A program made the translations under genes and the position numbers. The notes under the pieces were generated by a model. The model saw nothing but the letters and a program-made list of their open reading frames with translations, was not told the origin of the DNA and did not search any database. Of a stretch of DNA of 64,000 bases, positions 59,301 through 64,000 are shown piece by piece; the stretch's first letter is position 1; the number at the start of each line of letters is the position of its first letter. The stretch spans positions 3,183 to 67,182 of the forward strand of contig CAWIVJ010000013.1 of assembly GCA_963839525.1 (NCBI GenBank), in the 5' to 3' direction. Source of the DNA: an uncultured bacterium (GTDB lineage: Bacteria > Cyanobacteriota > Vampirovibrionia > Gastranaerophilales > Gastranaerophilaceae).

Positions 59301-60631
59301 ATAACAGACTGAATATTTTCAACAACTTTTGATAAATTAGTTTTAGAATCTTCAGTAATATCTTTTTTTGTTATTTCAATATTTCTATTGACTTCTAAAA
59401 TTCCCCTGTTAATATCTGAGGTGGTTAAATCTTTATTTCTTGCTATCTCTTGAAAAATTTCATTTGAAGTTTCAGAAATTTTTTCTTTTATACTATTTTC
59501 GGAATTTTTGTTTATTTGCGTAAAATTTACAAAAGAATTTTTTATATCCGTAGAATTTAAAAAATCATATAATTTTTTCAGCCCTGAATTAGTATCTGCC
59601 AAATCAGTTCTTATTAAATTCGTGCTTTCTATTACTTCCCTGGCAAATTCAGAAAGCTCTTTTCTAAAACCTATAAATTCTTCTTCAGTAGAAATATTCA
59701 ATATTTTCGATTCTAAACTTTCAAGCTGAGCCGTAAGCATTTGTTGATTTTGCTTACCCGTTTCGCTAAGCATGTTTTTTAACGCATTTATAACTCCTAC
59801 GCTTGTATCTATTTTTTCGGTTAAAATATCGAACTGGTTTTGCGTCGGCAGATTATTTACATAATCTGTTAACTGAATATTTTGGGCAATTAATTTTGCA
59901 ACCTGGTCTCTCTCAACTTCAAAATCTTCTTTTGTTACTACATGGTTTATGGTTTCTTCAAGTTCTCTGTTTTTACGGTCGATAACTTGCATTGTTGATA
60001 AAATGGCATTTGAAGATAGAAAAATATTTTCAATATCCTTTTTCAAAGCATCCAAAGCTTCTCTTGAATCAAGGTTTTGAAGAAGCTGATTCAGGTCTTT
60101 AAAGTTATCGTTAAGATTTAGAATAATCGATTCAAAACCATTGCCAAATTTTTCGATTCCAAGCTTAAGCGCAGAAATACTTTTTAGAATCTCTTTTGTT
60201 TGACTATCATCTTTTTGCAATTCTTCCAGTTTTAAATCTATTTCAGAAATTAATTCTTTTTGAGAAGAAAAATCCTTTGAAAAAGTATTTAAATTTGTTG
60301 CAATAATTTCAAAAAGGTCTTTTATTTCGGTTCCGGTAAGCTGTTTTTCTGTTTTTTTAAGGATTTCTGTAAAGGAATGTTCAATTTCGCCAAATTTAGA
60401 AGAAATAAAATCATGTCTTTCATCCAGGCTTCTTTTAAGTTCTACCAAAAAAACTTTCATCAAGTCAGAACCTTCTTGTTCCGCTAAAGTTTCTAATTGG
60501 TTGTTTATATTGGTTAAAACTTTATCTAAATTGCCTGCGTTCATGGCATTTTGTGCACGCATGGAATCTAAAGCCTCAGTAATATAAATAAAACTGCCTT
60601 TAATATCCCCAAAATTATTCATTTCTTCCAT
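53306..60631 (-). CDS. giant (2,441 aa) acidic coiled-coil repeat protein, function unknown
   Basis: Uninterrupted 7.3-kb ORF. Pervasive heptad-like E/K/L/I/N/S composition, no obvious signal peptide or TM segment, multiple repeat tiers, and a terminator after the stop. Confidence 0.8.
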   Translation of the reverse strand: MEEMNNFGDIKGSFIYITEALDSMRAQNAMNAGNLDKVLTNINNQLETLAEQEGSDLMKVFLVELKRSLDERHDFISSKFGEIEHSFTEILKKTEKQLTGTEIKDLFEIIATNLNTFSKDFSSQKELISEIDLKLEELQKDDSQTKEILKSISALKLGIEKFGNGFESIILNLNDNFKDLNQLLQNLDSREALDALKKDIENIFLSSNAILSTMQVIDRKNRELEETINHVVTKEDFEVERDQVAKLIAQNIQLTDYVNNLPTQNQFDILTEKIDTSVGVINALKNMLSETGKQNQQMLTAQLESLESKILNISTEEEFIGFRKELSEFAREVIESTNLIRTDLADTNSGLKKLYDFLNSTDIKNSFVNFTQINKNSENSIKEKISETSNEIFQEIARNKDLTTSDINRGILEVNRNIEITKKDITEDSKTNLSKVVENIQSVIENVFSLKKSLHIENTENLAVIDDKLQNLKEEAVNVGNVMIQNSNGNLETMLSEAEKVFQEVLTVKENLSESSLQNLQNVSSGFEDIARKIEEVKKDLSLGSQEYFTNLLSIIKDFSKEVITVKDSLGQNYTENTSEIKEIMGGLSLKLNSLQDVLTRGYEVNFAELKSSVEELTQMTQSVSANLEQNSKYERLSLKANIEEFSQKLSVAEENIDIRSQSNLVKIISLFEDLSKEFDEHKEFLKENAQVDFETISLHIQNLNHKIEEAKKGSNEDLKGYFLEMQNSISNLPEIIKENQATFENEKKVLIEENSKNILEVGEKIQNLANGIFSKDAPFKEEVLYEITALKVNLNTIKEDLRESNQEIGENVSNQINDVIENIEDVVNQYGENYNLTLLDLQNKLTDYFEFTRQITQDSDLKLDNSFKEMFEIKTKITSMTEGLTKLKEDPALKDLAFSLEQKFNSITIDISQLEETFSIKNNDSLQSILSTLEDKFEIVSNELKEYKSFTSGTLNEIIEDLGEKTEAVKMQLNLTTTDLITILTAKTNEIITKLISVSESVNKVTEINFEDSFIDIKNQINNSYFSIKSSINDDMKKESEELFEKLSQDFENLSVKLDKIIYKVYADNTKDIVELKSILNEKVENITSINSILGTVLDRLEELNYSSVATQEIVTGAKEELLERVNTSEDVLLQAQDEARDLILDKISESQNKSTTGIVNKILQAQGEAKDAVLDKITFSQSEASTAIYEIKEDIEAVAKDFSASSQEIFSGVKEELSEKMNIFEDTLTQSQDDLKSIISEKLEQSQYNTKTGILNKIKENLNSLSEELSSSTKEVSLELKEEILEKISSLEDNISQTQDNTKITLLNGIKENINSLSEELSSSTQELFSSGNEDISEKINVFGDNILQSQDRLKTIILSKLKELKDERETDTLEEILQTQNEVKTVLLNKIEELKIEGELKPNVLDDIIQTQNEIKTVILDKIQELKDETKPDFLDNLLQMQNEVKTFILGKIEELKNEDKSDLLIDIFQAQNDIKTVILDKIDELKYETNPDALEDIIQEQDKIKTLILDKIEELKDEIKPDALEGFLQEQDKVKVTILSKIEELKDKDKSDLLIDIFQAQNDIKTVILDKIDELKDENKSENLENILQAQSEIKIDILEKIEELKDFESIIQVQNEIKEIILDKIDELKYETKPDALEDIIQEQDKIKTVILDKIEELKSEIKPDALEGFLQEQDKVKVTILSKIEELKDKDKSELLIDIFQAQNDIKTFILDKISETHEKTESTILKELEENIKIVKEVLDSFSEEKKPIKENSEKIEELNSAIKTLSESLEDKINLSEENYKTSTQSLLSDIKLNFYEKVDDSIDSLKSFMEVFDNKQEISQSLEELKTEVFDKFLEISDNIEDSIKSISVKEDLKDFNKGIENYIDDLFKDAQNKILSKIEDNQEIKDLLGKTEEIECHLENLKTSINDDINEKLDKFEFNFDNQGKEVNIKLGDIKSALAELKESYVDLSLNSSMELSANLVNIQEEISSIQNKLDQINFDENLEKIEEQFKNLDFNEVIENSKNEIAEKIEAISQKLDSLPETQVSPLSTVSETGEGLENVKQELETINQKLDSLKVDSNPEIEENIKDIKQMLSSQESLINKLESIEKTENLTELSTLANIKSEIQDSLKDFEEKIENFKQKNVAPGEQNIKEELNSELTLFKEDLWEGLINFFNQISFESESEDIKDFVSEKTEEIKKCIQLTSKSSEKESDYSYTLQDIESDIAKVRLILKELSESKGTVAAATGDFSGLDKISEDITSISTRTNKILLNSDESHAVLKNNLEDLKNIIYQFEKRVKYLDNKEPIGKIEKRLDNINNVLLSNVQSDKIFNQSFMYLAEWIDKADENINYIKQSMVKTTDIEKLLDKFFKKFDRQEEKIKSLEVKIEKLTKAKPSKETDLKSLVQEVLGKVELPETGVDTKLTRKVDNIDKQLVKLGKSIEKITSYVDE
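55470..56590 (-). repeat. in-frame tandem array of about 12 x 30-aa units (L..I.Q.Q...K..IL.KI.ELK.E.K.D) with a block of about 300 bp duplicated at a 432-bp offset
   Basis: CATTTTGAGCTTGAAAAATATCAATTAAAAG recurs at 55501, 55933 and 56203. Blocks 55501-55790 and 55933-56220 are more than 90% identical by eye. Confidence 0.7.
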
Positions 60632-60822
60632 TAATTTTTATTCCCCACAAATCCTACAGCTAATATTCTACCAAAATTATTATTATAATGTATCTTATTA
60701 TTAAGATTGTAAAGTTAAAATTAACATAAATAAATATTCGGGGAGTTCGCCTATACTGGAACTCGGCTTCAAAGCTATTAACAACTTTACCAAAAGGTTA
60801 ACTTTATTAATGTTTCCGCTGT

Positions 60823-61143
60823 TTATTTTTTAATTAAATATTTTTCTTCAAATTTCTTTTTATTCAAAATATAAATTCCTGTTTTGTCTCTAACTATATA
60901 GTCATCTTCGTAAGCAACCGCCAAAATTCTGTTAAATCTATCTAATAGGCATAACTCGTTGAAATATTTAAAATTATCTTTGTGGATAAATTTATATGCC
61001 AGTTTTATTTCTCCCAATTTAACCAAAATTTCTTTTCCTTCATAATATTTGCTGATTTCTCTTAAATGTTCGTTGCTAACCTGGATAGCCTGTAGTACAC
61101 CGTAATTCCTAAATTTTTGACCTAAATTACAATCTAAAATCAT
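60823..61143 (-). CDS. hypothetical protein (106 aa)
   Basis: ORF with GGAGG upstream; no family recognised. Confidence 0.45.
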   Translation of the reverse strand: MILDCNLGQKFRNYGVLQAIQVSNEHLREISKYYEGKEILVKLGEIKLAYKFIHKDNFKYFNELCLLDRFNRILAVAYEDDYIVRDKTGIYILNKKKFEEKYLIKK

Positions 61144-61338
61144 ACCCTGCCTCCTAATTCACTGATACTGCTATTAAGCTTAAAATGTATTAGGCTTTTT
61201 GCGACTAATATAAAATATAATATGATATAAAACACTTATGTCAATAATTTTAACGGATTATCAAGAGTGTTTTAGGGCGTTCTTTGGGGAAATAAAGTGT
61301 TTTATACTCTTATTAATAATAAATTATGGGGAGATTAA

Positions 61339-62001
61339 ATGTCTGATTTTAAAAATAAATTTGGAGCAAATTTAAAAATACTTAGAAAATCTTTCGGTAT
61401 AACTCAAGAAAAACTTGCGGAGTTAATAGATCTTCACCATCGACAATTGTCCAAAATCGAAACAGGAGACAATTTCCCTTCCTGCAAAACGCTTGAAAAA
61501 CTTTGCTATGTGCTTAAAGTTTCACCCACAAAACTTTTTGATTTTGATTTCGTTTATGAAGGAGAAATTGTTTTAACAGGAACTTATGACATCCCTTTTT
61601 ATAGGGCTATAAAACAAGATAATGTCATAACGCTTGAAGATTACAAGGGCAAAAAAGTAATAAATGAAGATATTTCTATTTTAGATTCGGATAAAAGAAT
61701 ACTTGGAATGGCCAGTAACTTGAAAAAATCCATAACTGTGGAATATTTTGAAAATGGCGAAAAAACTAAAGTACTCGTTTATAATCCGGACGGCAGCATA
61801 AAATCTTCGAAACCGGATACTCAAAAATCAGTGCAGGAAGCCGAGAAATTAATGGAATTGTTTAAAAGCATAAGTAAAAATGAAGATTATGTGGAATTTA
61901 TAAAACTTGCAATTAAATCGATTGAAGATGATTCTGCTCTTGAGCGTCTTGAATTTATGGTAAACGGTATAAAAATGGCAAGACGCAGCAAATCCAAATA
62001 A
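61339..62001 (+). CDS. XRE-family HTH regulator with a C-terminal domain of about 150 aa, function unknown
   Basis: NLKILRKSFGITQEKLAELIDLHHRQLSKIETGDNFPSCKTLEKLCYVLKVSPTKLF. Confidence 0.7.
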   Translation: MSDFKNKFGANLKILRKSFGITQEKLAELIDLHHRQLSKIETGDNFPSCKTLEKLCYVLKVSPTKLFDFDFVYEGEIVLTGTYDIPFYRAIKQDNVITLEDYKGKKVINEDISILDSDKRILGMASNLKKSITVEYFENGEKTKVLVYNPDGSIKSSKPDTQKSVQEAEKLMELFKSISKNEDYVEFIKLAIKSIEDDSALERLEFMVNGIKMARRSKSK

Positions 62002-62006
62002 AATAT

Positions 62007-62348
62007 TTATTTTTTGATTATTTGCGGTAAACGCTTTTGCCATTTTTGGGAACACTTTTTTGCAGCTTTCAAAAAGAACTCTATTGGGCTGGTTTCCGTA
62101 ATTTCTTTTATCTCAATTAACCTTTTACCGTGTCCAAAATCACTGAAGGCAGTAAAATAAGTCCGAGAATTATCAAATTCAAGCGTTTCACCCGGGAAAG
62201 AATTTTTAATATAATTAAATGCTTTTGAAACAGCATCTTTTTTCCCTTCGGGAATATTTTCCAATGCTTCTGAAAAAGTGTGTGAAAAATTTGTATTTGC
62301 TTTAAAGCTTGGGTTTAAATTTTGTAAATTAACTCTTTTAATGTCCAT
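62007..62348 (-). CDS. hypothetical protein (113 aa from ATG 62348)
   Basis: AAGGAGA 7 nt upstream of ATG 62348; no family recognised. Confidence 0.45.
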   Translation of the reverse strand: MDIKRVNLQNLNPSFKANTNFSHTFSEALENIPEGKKDAVSKAFNYIKNSFPGETLEFDNSRTYFTAFSDFGHGKRLIEIKEITETSPIEFFLKAAKKCSQKWQKRLPQIIKK

Positions 62349-62579
62349 TTTCGTTTCTCCTTTTTTAAAAATACATTTATACAAAACATGCAAAATATTT
62401 TTTTTGTTAGCAAAAATTTAATTTATTTTATTTTTTATTGAATGTTGCTGATATAATTAGATTTTAGTCGTTTAAAAGTTAAGTTCACAATTCGTAATAA
62501 ATTAAAATAGGATTAAATTTAATTTATATAGTTGATTATTTGCTTTATCTCTTTTGGCTTTTTCTGTTATAATATCCTT

Positions 62580-64000
62580 ATGAAAAAGAATATTTTAATA
62601 ATTTTAAGCATAATAATATTAGCGGTTATTTTTGAAAAGATATTATCTAATGCAGCTCTTTTTGAAAATTTAGAATTAATGTCTTATGATCTTCGTTCAA
62701 GATTAATTTCAGATAACAGTATCTTAGGAAGAAGATTCAATCAAGCTGATAAAGATATAGTTATTGTTGCTATTGACAATTATTCCAAAAAAAAATTAGA
62801 AGAAAACCCTCGCAAAGATTTAGGTCCTTGGCCATGGCACAGAGATGTCTGGAGCGAAGTTTTAGATTTTATTGAAAAAGGTAAACCTAAAGCTGTAATG
62901 TTCGATATGGTTTTTGAGAGACTGAATGAAAACTCATGGCATGACCGAAGATTTGCTCAAACTTTGAGACGATATGAGAATATTGTTCTTGGAACTTACC
63001 TTGACAACCCTAAAGTTTCAAATGATACTTTTGCAAAAAAGATTAAAATAGGACAAAATGATTACTTGCCTACATCACAACCGCTAAATGTTTTTATTGA
63101 CAATAAGAAACTTGAGAATGATATAACTTATTACACAAATGCCCCTGTTCACAGTCTTTATACCGAATATAATATTATTGGCGTTTTAAATAAAGTCCTG
63201 GATAAAGATAATAATGTAAGACAGGTTCAGCCTTTGTTTAAACTTGTTAAAAATGGTGAAATTTATTATATGCCTTCTTTGGCCTTTGCCGGATTTTTAA
63301 AATATATGGGCGTAGTAGAAGATATAGCTATTAAAGAAAATAAAATATTTTATAAAGGCAGGGTTATTCCTATTGATAATGACGGAACCGTAAACCTAAA
63401 CAGACATAAATTAAAGCGTGCTTATTCTTATATCCCTATATCAAAAATTTTATTGAATAAAGGCAGAAGGAAAGATTTGCAGCCGGAGTTTTTCAAAGAT
63501 AAACTTGTAATTATCGGTAAAACAGCTGCAGGAGGAAGAGTTGATTTAAGTTCTATTATAGATCCTTCTTATACGAGTCCTGAAGCTAATGCCATTGCGC
63601 TGGATAACTTTATAAACGATTCAATAGCAGGAGATAAAACTGCAAGGAAATTTATTTCAGAAGTCCCTAAACCAGTTCAGTTTCTCATAACAGTTTTCGC
63701 CTGCATTTTAGTCGGGGTATTGGGATGGTTTTCTAAAAGTGCTTTTATTGGTTTTGTAAACGGTTTTCTTTCAATCCTTATTTATATTTTGTTTTGTTTT
63801 TGGCTTTTTGTAAATCCTAACTCAAGAATCTGGCTTCCTATTGTTGTACCGATATATTATTTAGCTTTGACCTCAGGAATAGTTTTTGCTTTTAAATTTT
63901 ATAAAGAGATGATTAAAAAGGCTTCTTTAATGGAAGCTTTTGGCAAATTTGTTTCACCGAAAGTCTTAACCACAATATTAAATAATCCTGAAAAAATGGT
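62580..64000 (+). CDS. CHASE2 sensor-domain membrane protein (probably an N-terminal part of an adenylate/guanylate cyclase-type signalling protein), 3' partial
   Basis: Frame open from ATG 62580 to the window end. TM helix, then DIVIVAIDNYS...LGPWPWHRDVWSEVLDFIEKGKPKAVMFDMVF (CHASE2-like), then a cluster of TM helices near 63.7-63.9 kb. Not in the ORF track because no stop lies in the window. Confidence 0.75.
   Translation, partial: MKKNILIILSIIILAVIFEKILSNAALFENLELMSYDLRSRLISDNSILGRRFNQADKDIVIVAIDNYSKKKLEENPRKDLGPWPWHRDVWSEVLDFIEKGKPKAVMFDMVFERLNENSWHDRRFAQTLRRYENIVLGTYLDNPKVSNDTFAKKIKIGQNDYLPTSQPLNVFIDNKKLENDITYYTNAPVHSLYTEYNIIGVLNKVLDKDNNVRQVQPLFKLVKNGEIYYMPSLAFAGFLKYMGVVEDIAIKENKIFYKGRVIPIDNDGTVNLNRHKLKRAYSYIPISKILLNKGRRKDLQPEFFKDKLVIIGKTAAGGRVDLSSIIDPSYTSPEANAIALDNFINDSIAGDKTARKFISEVPKPVQFLITVFACILVGVLGWFSKSAFIGFVNGFLSILIYILFCFWLFVNPNSRIWLPIVVPIYYLALTSGIVFAFKFYKEMIKKASLMEAFGKFVSPKVLTTILNNPEKM

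Overview
AT-rich (about 30% GC by eye) bacterial chromosomal window; I cannot assign a taxon from sequence alone.

**Core genes.** Most of the window is intact housekeeping DNA:
- Translation and RNA: obg, tsaD, rpsB-tsf, nusB, ftsY, ybeY, and tRNA-Gly(GCC).
- DNA repair: uvrA, recA, and a 3-methyladenine glycosylase.
- Metabolism: secreted beta-carbonic anhydrase, deoB, a dGTPase-like HD protein, a DapL-like aminotransferase, thrB, dgkA, an Asp/Glu racemase, ppdK, and a GlcD-like oxidase.
- Envelope, regulation and other: two TonB/TolA-C-like paralogs, DedA, Lrp, a PgpH-like HD protein, an M16 peptidase-like protein, cutA, and a partial CHASE2 sensor.

**Accessory region (about 15.1-28.3 kb).**
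- A heavily decayed prophage-like integrative element sits in a tRNA-Arg(ACG) gene. It is flanked by 28-bp direct repeats at 17524-17551 and 27875-27902.
- Its integrase has about four disruptions. The DnaC-like, replication-associated and LamG-like genes are also broken.
- The tRNA copy next to the integrase is truncated to 59 nt.
- A 3.1-copy, 110-bp tandem array re-duplicates the tRNA 5' stub.
- An intact Fic gene lies inside the element, and an older integrase fragment lies further left.
- A perfect 1,194-nt poly-T run (19703-20896) replaces most of a phage gene. It is most likely an artefact or mask.

**Other signals worth a second look.**
- A REP/MITE-like double-hairpin repeat family has five copies, one inserted in-frame inside uvrA.
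- An 84-bp heptamer-repeat block lies in-frame in tsaD, with related dyad elements in several intergenic regions.
- A 32-bp perfect GC-rich palindrome lies inside a CDS.
- A 2,441-aa coiled-coil protein carries nested internal repeats.
- A 611-aa orphan protein has a PcrA/UvrD-Tudor-like C-terminus.

No rRNA, CRISPR array, transposase or recognisable complete defence system was seen.
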